Shown here: positions 50,760 to 58,750 of the stretch, in pieces
How positions within the stretch are numbered: position 1 is the stretch's first letter
How the letters are laid out: each line of letters begins with the position of its first letter
The notes under the pieces: generated by a model
Seen by the model: only the letters and a program-made list of their open reading frames with translations
Databases searched by the model: none
What the model was told of the DNA's origin: nothing
Made by a program: the position numbers and the translations under genes
Origin: Myxococcota bacterium
GTDB taxonomy: Bacteria; Myxococcota; XYA12-FULL-58-9; JALHOP01
Length of the DNA stretch: 64,000 nt
Assembly: GCA_041288095.1 (NCBI GenBank)
Contig: JBGGMJ010000197.1
Coordinates: 11,751 to 75,750 of the forward strand
Direction: 5' to 3'

Positions 50760-51697
50760 CGCTGCACCGTGTAGTTCATGTTCATGTCCTTGCCGCGACG
50801 CTTGAGATCGATCTGAATCGACTGCGAGTCCTTGAGCTTGGCGTAAATCTCCAGCGCCTTGTCGGGGCTGTTCATCTCGTAGCCGTTGATCTTCGAGATG
50901 ACGTCGCCGTTCTGCAGGCCAATCTTCTGGTAGATGCTGTTCGGCTTGATCGAGAAGAGCTTGAAGCCGTTGGCCTTGCCGTTCTGGAAGCTCGGCACGA
51001 TGCGCGCCTGGGTCGCGACCTCGTTCATGTCGCCGAGCGCCTTGTCGATCTCGCTACCGGCGATTGTGTACGACGTCTCCGACGTCTTGGTGACGCCTTC
51101 GCCACCACCCGACTCGTCGGTGGGCGCCGGCGCCGCGGTGATGACCGGCGGCGCGTTGCCCTCGGTGGAGCACAGCTCGAAGTGGTCGCGGCGGCGGATC
51201 ACCACTTCGCGATAGCGGATGTCAACCAGGGTAGCGTCGTCGGCGATCTGATTGCTGCCGGCGTTGATGGAGTAGACTTCCGGCTCGTGGGTCGTGTTCG
51301 ACACCAGAACCGCGAGCGACCACTCCGGATACTCGCCCGACACCAGTGTCGCCGAGACGACCGCCGGAACGGTGCACGGCTTGAGATCCTTGCCGTCGAA
51401 GCTCACGGCGTCGGTGAGGGTGCCGTCCTCGGCGGGTTTCGGATTGAGCTCTTCCCGCTTCACGTTGAAGAGGTTGCGGCTCGCGATGGTGGTGAGCGGT
51501 ACCTTCGGGCGCTGCGAGATCTGCGGACGCGCGCTCTGACTGGCGGCGACGTCCTCGACCGTCGGCACCACGCGGATCGAGCGCGCGACGATGGCATTCA
51601 CGGCGCCCGCGACGAAGTAGGCGGCAAGGCCGATGAACACCAGGTTCAATCCCCAGCCGTAATCCTTGAGCAACGCTGCGATGCGGGCGCTAGACAT
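50756..51697 (-). CDS. gspC: Type II secretion system protein GspC (TM, HR, PDZ)
   Basis: TM, RNLF, HR domain, PDZ GFKLFSIKPNSIYQKIGLQNGDVISKING; first gene of the operon. Confidence 0.92.
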   Translation of the reverse strand: MSSARIAALLKDYGWGLNLVFIGLAAYFVAGAVNAIVARSIRVVPTVEDVAASQSARPQISQRPKVPLTTIASRNLFNVKREELNPKPAEDGTLTDAVSFDGKDLKPCTVPAVVSATLVSGEYPEWSLAVLVSNTTHEPEVYSINAGSNQIADDATLVDIRYREVVIRRRDHFELCSTEGNAPPVITAAPAPTDESGGGEGVTKTSETSYTIAGSEIDKALGDMNEVATQARIVPSFQNGKANGFKLFSIKPNSIYQKIGLQNGDVISKINGYEMNSPDKALEIYAKLKDSQSIQIDLKRRGKDMNMNYTVQR

Positions 51698-51855
51698 CGG
51701 TAACTCGGTCTCAGAGCAAGAGGCGCGCCATAGCGTGAGTCATGCGTAAACCGCCAGCTTTCGCCGCCTTCCACGTCCTTTTGACAATTTGGCAATTCAC
51801 CGCGCGACGCGTCGTCGATTGCTGCCAAGTTGGCGAGCGATCTAAAAGGCCGCGC

Positions 51856-53616
51856 ATGCCATCCGCATTGCTTCTGGCGCTCGTTCTCGCGGCGCCGCAG
51901 ACCGACAAAGCCCGCTTCGATACGCTCATCCACGCCGAATGGGAGTGGCTGCTCGAGCAGTATCCCGAGCTCGCGACCGACGTCGGCGACGCGCGCTACG
52001 ACGACCGCCTCGTCGACCTGTCGCCCGAGGCAGTGGCGCGCCGCAAAGCCCACCCGGCCGAGTCGCTGAAGACCTTGCGGACCATCGACCGCGGCAAGCT
52101 CGATGCACATACCCAGCTCGACTACGACGTCCTGGCTTTCGACCTCGAGACCAACGTGGGGTTGACGCGTTTCCCGACCGAGTACCTGCAGATCGACCAC
52201 ATCTACGGCACGCATACCGCCTTAGCGTCCTTGGCACAGACCGCCCCGCACGCCACCGTCAAACACTACGAGAACTTCTTGAAGCGCATGGAGAAAGCGC
52301 CGGCGCATATCGCGCAGTCCACCAAGTGGCTGGAAAAAGGAGCGCTCGCCGGTATCACCATGCCGCGCATCATCATCGAGCGCGTGCCGGCGCTGGTGCG
52401 CCAGCAAACGCCGAAGGATCCCAAGGAGAGCCCGGTCTACTCGACGCTCTTCGCCAACATGCCCAACGACATCGCCGCCGCCGATCAGGCGCGGCTGCGG
52501 GAGCGCGCGCTCACCATCCTGCGCGAGCAATTGTATCCGGCATACACCGCTTTCGCGGACTACATCGAGAAGCAGTATCTGCCACGTACGCGGACGGCCA
52601 TCGGCTGGACACAATTGCCGGACGGCGAGGCCTGGTACGTGGCGCGCATCCGCGACCAGACGAGCCTGACCAAGAGCGCCGACGAGATCCACGAGCTCGG
52701 GCTGCGGGAGGTCGCGCGCATCCGCGCCGAGATGGAACGCGCGATGGCGCAGGCCAAGTTCACCAAGGGACTGCCCGCGTTCTTCGGCTTCCTACGCACC
52801 GACAAGCGCTTCTTCTACACCGATAAAGCGGACCTGATGCGCGGCTACAGCGAGATTGCCAAGCGCATCGACGGCGAGCTGCCCCGCCTCTTCGGCAAGC
52901 TCCCGCGCCTCACCTACGGCGTGAAGCCAATCCCCGCCTACGCCGAGAAGGTGCAGACCACCGCGTACTACCAGCCGGGCTCCGGCATCGCCGGCCGCTC
53001 GGGCACCTTCTTCTGCAATACCTACGATCTCGCGTCGCGACCGAAGTGGGAGATGGAAGCGCTCACCGCGCACGAGGCGGTGCCGGGCCACCACCTGCAA
53101 ATCGCGCTCGGCGAGGAGGTTGAGGGCGCGTCGGAGTATCGCAAGCATGGCTTCAACAACGCCTATGTCGAGGGCTGGGCGCTGTATTCGGAATCCCTGG
53201 GCGACCAGCTCGGTCTCTACCGCGACCCCTATTCGAAATTCGGTCAGCTCACGTACGAGATGTGGCGCGCCATTCGGCTGGTCGTCGACACCGGCATGCA
53301 CGCCAAGGGCTGGAGCCGTGAACGTGCGATTCAGTTCTTCAAGGACAACACGGGCAAGACCCCACACGACATCGAAGTCGAGGTCGACCGCTACATTGCC
53401 TGGCCCGCTCAGGCCTTGGGCTACAAGCTCGGCGAGCTCAAGATCCGAGCTCTCCGCGCCAAGGCTCAGGAAGCCCTCGGCGACTCCTTCGACCTACGCG
53501 CCTTCCATGATCGGGTTCTCGATGACGGAGCCCTACCGCTAGACGTGTTGGATGCACATGTAAGTAGATGGATCGAAGATTCACGCGGAGGGCGGGCGAC
53601 AGCACCGCGGCGTTGA
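51856..53616 (+). CDS. DUF885 family secreted protein (putative metallopeptidase)
   Basis: Signal peptide, EIHELGLREVARI, AHEAVPGHHLQ, YVEGWALYSE, RLVVDTGMH, EVDRYIAWPAQALGYKLG. Confidence 0.92.
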   Translation: MPSALLLALVLAAPQTDKARFDTLIHAEWEWLLEQYPELATDVGDARYDDRLVDLSPEAVARRKAHPAESLKTLRTIDRGKLDAHTQLDYDVLAFDLETNVGLTRFPTEYLQIDHIYGTHTALASLAQTAPHATVKHYENFLKRMEKAPAHIAQSTKWLEKGALAGITMPRIIIERVPALVRQQTPKDPKESPVYSTLFANMPNDIAAADQARLRERALTILREQLYPAYTAFADYIEKQYLPRTRTAIGWTQLPDGEAWYVARIRDQTSLTKSADEIHELGLREVARIRAEMERAMAQAKFTKGLPAFFGFLRTDKRFFYTDKADLMRGYSEIAKRIDGELPRLFGKLPRLTYGVKPIPAYAEKVQTTAYYQPGSGIAGRSGTFFCNTYDLASRPKWEMEALTAHEAVPGHHLQIALGEEVEGASEYRKHGFNNAYVEGWALYSESLGDQLGLYRDPYSKFGQLTYEMWRAIRLVVDTGMHAKGWSRERAIQFFKDNTGKTPHDIEVEVDRYIAWPAQALGYKLGELKIRALRAKAQEALGDSFDLRAFHDRVLDDGALPLDVLDAHVSRWIEDSRGGRATAPRR

Positions 53617-53757
53617 GGCGGGAGAGGCCGACCCGTCCCGCCCGCAGCCGAGTCGTGGCCGCAACGCCATCCGTCCGCAGTAGCGAGGATTGTGGCGTCG
53701 GGTTCCGCGTTGCCTTTGCGGAACTCGACCTTAGCGCCGCCCCCGCGGCGCGGTAAG
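53617..53757 (+). other. Structured intergenic region with four consecutive hairpins
   Basis: Stems at 53617-53642, 53664-53698, 53697-53729 and 53730-53757. Confidence 0.4.
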
Positions 53758-53800
53758 AAACGGTTTGTAATTCGCGCCCGAGAGAGGGAAGCTCAACGTC

Positions 53801-54499
53801 ATGCCGTCGAAGTTGCAGCACTTGGTCGTCGCCGATCCGAATCGCGACACGGCGCAGACCATCGCCGATTCCTGCGAGCGTCTCGCTGACACACGTCAGG
53901 TCGTCACGAGCGGAGAAGAGGTCGTCAACGTCATCGCGGACAAGCAGCCGCAGCTCCTGGTGATCTCGCTCGAGATGACCCGGCCAGACACCATCGAGAT
54001 CATCCCGCGCTTGCAACGTATCGCCGGGGACCTGCTGGTGATCGCCACCTATCGCGAGCTCTCGGTTCCGCTCATGGAGAAGCTGTCGCGACTCGGCCTT
54101 TCGCACTTCGTCCCACAGCCGGTCGAGGTCACCGAAATCTTCCGCGCGGCCTCGAACCGCTTTCAGATGCACTTTCGCCGACACGACCGTCACAACGTGA
54201 CCGTCGAGGTCTATCGCGCCGACGGCGTGCTCGTCGGGCGAACGCGCGATCTCTCCGAGGGCGGTATGTCGATGGACGCACTGCACCCGGTCCACCCCGA
54301 TGAGTCGCAGCTCCTCGACTTGATGATCGCCGACGGGGCGTCGCGGCCACTGCGTGTGCGCAGCCGCGTCCTGCAGGTCGATGGCACGCAGCCGGCGCCG
54401 GTGCTCGCGCGCATCCAGTTCGAGCGCCTCTGGGGGCCCGACCACAAGCGACTGGCCGACTATATTCAAACCTTGGTCAAGGCGGACAAGCGCGCGTGA
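53801..54499 (+). CDS. Pseudo-receiver plus PilZ domain protein
   Basis: REC-like N-terminus; PilZ c-di-GMP motifs RRHDR (RxxxR) and DLSEGG (DxSxxG). Confidence 0.82.
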   Translation: MPSKLQHLVVADPNRDTAQTIADSCERLADTRQVVTSGEEVVNVIADKQPQLLVISLEMTRPDTIEIIPRLQRIAGDLLVIATYRELSVPLMEKLSRLGLSHFVPQPVEVTEIFRAASNRFQMHFRRHDRHNVTVEVYRADGVLVGRTRDLSEGGMSMDALHPVHPDESQLLDLMIADGASRPLRVRSRVLQVDGTQPAPVLARIQFERLWGPDHKRLADYIQTLVKADKRA

Positions 54500-55695
54500 A
54501 AGTCCTGATCGCCGACAAGCTCGAGAAGGAAGCCGTCACCGCTCTTACCGCCGCCGGCATCACGGTGGACTACGACCCCGAGGCGGGAGCGAAAGGCCTG
54601 ACCGCTCTGGCGGACCACGACGTCTTGGTGGTGCGTTCGAGCAAGGTCTCGGGCGATGTCATTCGTAACGCCAAGAACCTGCAGCTCGTCGTTCGCGCGG
54701 GCGCCGGCGTCAATACCATCGACGTCGCGGCCGCGAGCTCGCGGGGCGTGTTCGTCACCAATTGCCCCGGCAAGAATGCCATCGCCGTCGCCGAGCTCAC
54801 CTTCGCGCTGATGCTCGGCCTCGACCGCCGTGTGCATCGTGCCTCGAACGACCTCACCGCCGGTCGGTGGAACAAGAAAGAGTACGCCAAAGCAGACGGC
54901 GTCTTCGGTAAGACGCTGGGCGTCGTCGGCCTGGGTCAGATCGGCCGCGAGGTCGCCGCGCGCGCGGCGAGCTTCGGGCTGAATGTCGTCGCTTGGTCAC
55001 GCTCACTCACCGACGAGTCGGCCGCCGAGCTGGGCGTCGTACGCGCTCCCGATCTGCTGACCCTCGCCGCCAAGAGCGACATCGTCAGCGTCCACGTCGC
55101 TCACACCGCCGACACCAAGCACTGCATCAACGCGGCGTTCCTCGCGATGCTCCCGGAGCACGCCATGCTCATCAACATGGCGCGGGACGGCATCGTCGAC
55201 GAGCAAGCGGTCACCGCCGCGATGAAAACGCGCGGCCTGCGCTACGCCTCCGACGTATTCGATGGCGAGCCCTCGGCGGGCGAAGGTCCGTTCGTGCACG
55301 CGCTGGCCGGCGACCCGGCGGTACTTGCGACGCCGCACATCGGCGCCTCGACACAGCAGGCACAAAACGCCGTCGCCGCCGAAGCGGTCCGCATCATCAC
55401 GACCTTCACACGCACCGGACAAGCGCTCAACTGCGTGAACCTCTGCAAGCAGTCGCCGGCCCAGTGGCAGCTCAACGTCCGCCACCTCGACCGCGTCGGC
55501 GTGCTCGCGAACGTCCTCGGGTCCCTGCGCGAATCGAACATCAACGTCGAAGAAGTCGAAAACGTCATCTTCGACGGCGCCGAAGCAGCGAGCGCCCGCA
55601 TCCGTTTGGGTGGCGAACCCCCGGCCGACCTGGTCGCGAGGATCGGGCAATACGACCATGTTCTCGACGCGCGCCTCGTGCGCTTGTCGCAATAG
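54496..55695 (+). CDS. serA: D-3-phosphoglycerate dehydrogenase with C-terminal ACT domain
   Basis: RAGAGVNTID, NAIAVAE, GLGQIG, INMARD, DVF, TPHIGAST, ACT (HLDRVGVLANV). Confidence 0.85.
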   Translation: MKVLIADKLEKEAVTALTAAGITVDYDPEAGAKGLTALADHDVLVVRSSKVSGDVIRNAKNLQLVVRAGAGVNTIDVAAASSRGVFVTNCPGKNAIAVAELTFALMLGLDRRVHRASNDLTAGRWNKKEYAKADGVFGKTLGVVGLGQIGREVAARAASFGLNVVAWSRSLTDESAAELGVVRAPDLLTLAAKSDIVSVHVAHTADTKHCINAAFLAMLPEHAMLINMARDGIVDEQAVTAAMKTRGLRYASDVFDGEPSAGEGPFVHALAGDPAVLATPHIGASTQQAQNAVAAEAVRIITTFTRTGQALNCVNLCKQSPAQWQLNVRHLDRVGVLANVLGSLRESNINVEEVENVIFDGAEAASARIRLGGEPPADLVARIGQYDHVLDARLVRLSQ

Positions 55696-55788
55696 TCGCG
55701 CAGGACGGTCAAGCCGCTCTGCACGAGCTCCGGCATGGGGGCGGCGAGAATGACGAGGAGGCACAACCACATCACAGTACGCCATAGC

Positions 55789-55812
55789 GGACACGCAAAG
55801 ATGAGCGTGTCC
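55789..55812. terminator. Hairpin between convergent serA and gltG-like genes
   Basis: 8 bp stem GGACACGC / GCGTGTCC; no clear U tract. Confidence 0.35.
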
Positions 55813-55823
55813 CCGCGTCGATT

Positions 55824-58340
55824 TTACATACCGATGGCGGCGAAGTTGAATGGATAGCTGACGACGACCTCGCCGCCGCGTGGCTGCGGGAACTGCCAGC
55901 CTTTGACCGACGCGAGCATGCAATTGACGGCGGAGGACGATTGCAGCGTCGCGTCCTTCTGGCGCGACGACTTCACCGCGCCGCTGGTCGCGACTACCCA
56001 CTCGAGGGTGACTTTACCGGCGAGGGTCGGCGTCTTGAGGAGCTCACGCTCGTAGCAGCGCTGGATCTCGCCGATGTGCTTGTTGACGACCTTCTGGATC
56101 TCTTCGCGATCGAGCGAGCCGCCCTGCGCGTGCATGCCCTGGGGCATCTTGGTGACCAGTGACCGCACCTGGCCCGTGGTCTTGCCGCTGAGGACGCCGG
56201 CGCCACCACCACCACCGCGCAGCAACGCCGCCGCGCCCTTGGTCATTGGACCACCACCACCGCCGCCGATCGACAGATCGGAGGTCGGCAGCTTGCCGAT
56301 GAGACCCGAAACCTTGTAGCCGCTCGAGCCGGTCGGCGTCTTGGCCGCCGCGAGGTTGGAGATCGCCGCGACAGCCGCGGCCGGACCAGGCGCCTGCGTC
56401 GGGCCCTTCTTGTTGAGCAACCCGAGCACGCCGACCGGCGCGGGGTTCGGCGGCGCGGGGGCCTCGGCGGCCACCTTCGGCTGCTTCATCCTCGGCTGCT
56501 TCACCGGCGGAGGCGGCGTGGGGGCGGGCGGCGTCGGCTCCGGCGGCGGAGGCTCAGGAGGCTTCGGCGGCTCCTCGAGCTTCATCTCGGGCTCGACGGT
56601 GACCTCGATGAACTCCTCCTGCATCTTCTCTTTCATCTCCGGCGGACCGGCGAGGAGCGTCATGAACGCCATGATGACGATATGGACGACGAGGGCCGAC
56701 ATGCCCGAGGTGAGCAGGAGCTTCTCGGGGCGGATGCGCTGGAGGAATGGTCTGTCATCGCGGAGCGGCGCCGGCGCGATGACTTGGCGAACGTGATAGG
56801 TCGTGGGGCCGTCGGTGACTTGAGCGATCTCGCCGCGCGACAGACCCATGATCTGCGTGCCGCGCCGCACCTGCTTGCGACCCTGCCGCCCCTGGACCGA
56901 GCCGAGCTCGACGCTGCGGCCGCCGCGCACCACCATGCCGCGCGAGTCCTTCTTGAACTCGACTTCGACCTCGCCGGGGCGCTTGTGTTTCACCAGCTCG
57001 AAGCGCGGGCCGGGCTTGTAAGGCGTCCCGCCTTCCTTGTTGGCGGCCTTGGCCATGAGACGGCCGATCGCCGACTCGGGCCCGACCCAATACGATTCAC
57101 CGGGCGCGAGCAGGGCAACGCTATCGACGACATCGTCGCGCACGGCGAGGACCTCGACGCGCGGCACGCCGTGCTTGGGAGGCATCTCGTCGCCGAGAAT
57201 GTGCTGAGCGAGCGAATACGTGGGGACGTAGTCGTCCTCCTCGTCGTGATCGTCGTCGTGGGTCACGTCCGCGTGCGGCTCGAAGGCCGACATCGGATCG
57301 CTGTCGAGGCCGAACATGTCCGGCGGCTTCGGCATGCCGCGCGCTTGCACCGGCGCGGCGGAGGGCATCGACTCGGGCTCGATGTCACCGCGCGAAACGG
57401 CGGGCCCATGCGCGTGCGGATAGGCGCGGCCGCCGCCGTTCATCGACTTGCCGTTGACACCTCGCGAGCCGTCGCGGCGGGGCTCGTCGAGCTCGTCGGG
57501 GTCGAAGCCGCTGATGTTCGTTCGCGTCGCGGCGCCTTCGAGCTCGGACTCCAGCTCCGCGAGGCCGGCGCTCTTGCCGCCGCGGCGCTTCGAATCCGAG
57601 TCACCACGCGCCATCGGCAGCGGCGAAGCATCGACCGTCGTCGGGCCGTTGACGCCGGGCTCGGAGATACCGATGCCGGCGAGCATGTCACCGAGCTTGT
57701 CGCGGTCGACCGGCTCGTCACGCTTGCGGAACTCGGCGCGCGGCGAGCTGCGGCCGATATCGTCGGTCGGATCGTCGGGGATGTCGTCGAACTCCGAGAG
57801 ATCGCTCGCCGTCGCCGGCATCCGCGATCGCGGAGCGTTCACTTCCACGCGGGACGCTGACTGCGGCGCCGGAGCAGCGGCTGGTCGAGGCGCGGTGCGC
57901 TCCTCGCGCGGCAACGCCGCGGGCCCGCCGCCCTTCGACATCGCCTGGATCTCACGGGTCGAATCGCCCGGACGGCGCTCGAGCTGCGGCACGGGAGCGG
58001 ACTCCTCCGCGCCTTTTGTCTTCGAAGCGAACTTCAGCTTGAGGGCGAACTCGCCGATGCGGATCTCGTCGAGACGAGTGACCTCCACCGGAGTCACGAC
58101 CTTGTCGGCATTCAGGAAGACGCCGTTGGTGCTCCCGGCATCGCGAACGGTGACACGTCCGCCCTCGTTTTCGATGATGGCGTGGCGCCGCGACACCTGA
58201 GACGACTCCAACACGAGGTCCGCCTCGTCCGGGTCGCGCCCGACGACAATCTGCCGCTCGGCAAAAACATCGGTGCCCAAGAACTCGCCGTCACGAAAGA
58301 TGTGAACTTGGAGGACGGCTGGGCCGGGTCGGTTCGCCAA
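55824..58340 (-). CDS. gltG: GltG/PglI-like protein (FHA, linker, TM, Pro-rich, TonB-C-like AgmX/PglI domain)
   Basis: FHA (VGRD...VSRRHA...GSTNG), TM SALVVH, Pro-rich spacer, LDREEIQKVV...IQRCYERELLK...WQFPQPRGG.V.VSYPF; directly after a gltF-like gene. May be a paralog. Confidence 0.8.
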   Translation of the reverse strand: MANRPGPAVLQVHIFRDGEFLGTDVFAERQIVVGRDPDEADLVLESSQVSRRHAIIENEGGRVTVRDAGSTNGVFLNADKVVTPVEVTRLDEIRIGEFALKLKFASKTKGAEESAPVPQLERRPGDSTREIQAMSKGGGPAALPREERTAPRPAAAPAPQSASRVEVNAPRSRMPATASDLSEFDDIPDDPTDDIGRSSPRAEFRKRDEPVDRDKLGDMLAGIGISEPGVNGPTTVDASPLPMARGDSDSKRRGGKSAGLAELESELEGAATRTNISGFDPDELDEPRRDGSRGVNGKSMNGGGRAYPHAHGPAVSRGDIEPESMPSAAPVQARGMPKPPDMFGLDSDPMSAFEPHADVTHDDDHDEEDDYVPTYSLAQHILGDEMPPKHGVPRVEVLAVRDDVVDSVALLAPGESYWVGPESAIGRLMAKAANKEGGTPYKPGPRFELVKHKRPGEVEVEFKKDSRGMVVRGGRSVELGSVQGRQGRKQVRRGTQIMGLSRGEIAQVTDGPTTYHVRQVIAPAPLRDDRPFLQRIRPEKLLLTSGMSALVVHIVIMAFMTLLAGPPEMKEKMQEEFIEVTVEPEMKLEEPPKPPEPPPPEPTPPAPTPPPPVKQPRMKQPKVAAEAPAPPNPAPVGVLGLLNKKGPTQAPGPAAAVAAISNLAAAKTPTGSSGYKVSGLIGKLPTSDLSIGGGGGGPMTKGAAALLRGGGGGAGVLSGKTTGQVRSLVTKMPQGMHAQGGSLDREEIQKVVNKHIGEIQRCYERELLKTPTLAGKVTLEWVVATSGAVKSSRQKDATLQSSSAVNCMLASVKGWQFPQPRGGEVVVSYPFNFAAIGM

Positions 58341-58346
58341 CGGGGT

Positions 58347-58610
58347 CTACTCCTCGAACACGCTTTTGACGATCTTGGGTCGGAAAGTGCGTGCTTTGGT
58401 CACCAGCGAGCGGATTTCGATCTGCTGCCGGTCGTAGATGTAGACGGAGTCCGCTTTGGTGGTCTGTCCTTTGATGAGGCGATCGTCGAAGTCCACGCGT
58501 GTTGGACCGCGGTACCCGCCGGCCGCCTGCGCGTATGCGACGGAACTATCTGCAAGCACGGCCGTTACCAGAACGGCCATGAACGACATGAGCGTCAAAT
58601 TGCGTCGCAT
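58347..58610 (-). CDS. gltF: GltF/CglF-like small secreted protein
   Basis: Signal peptide, DFDDRLIKGQ, RSLV...TFRPKI; size and position upstream of gltG. May be a paralog. Confidence 0.75.
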   Translation of the reverse strand: MRRNLTLMSFMAVLVTAVLADSSVAYAQAAGGYRGPTRVDFDDRLIKGQTTKADSVYIYDRQQIEIRSLVTKARTFRPKIVKSVFEE

Positions 58611-58750
58611 GTTCTTCGATCCTCGAGCTTTGGCCTAACGTAGGGTGATGGAAGGCTTACCCAAGTCCACCTGTGTTTACCGTAGGTGGGCGTGACACGC
58701 CATGTTCTTGCTTTGGTAAGCCTCCTGACAAGCAAAACCTCAACATCGGG

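Noticed and set aside
51781..51806. TTGACA and TGGCA elements between gspC and the DUF885 gene as promoters
   Set aside because: No matching -10 or correctly spaced -12 element.
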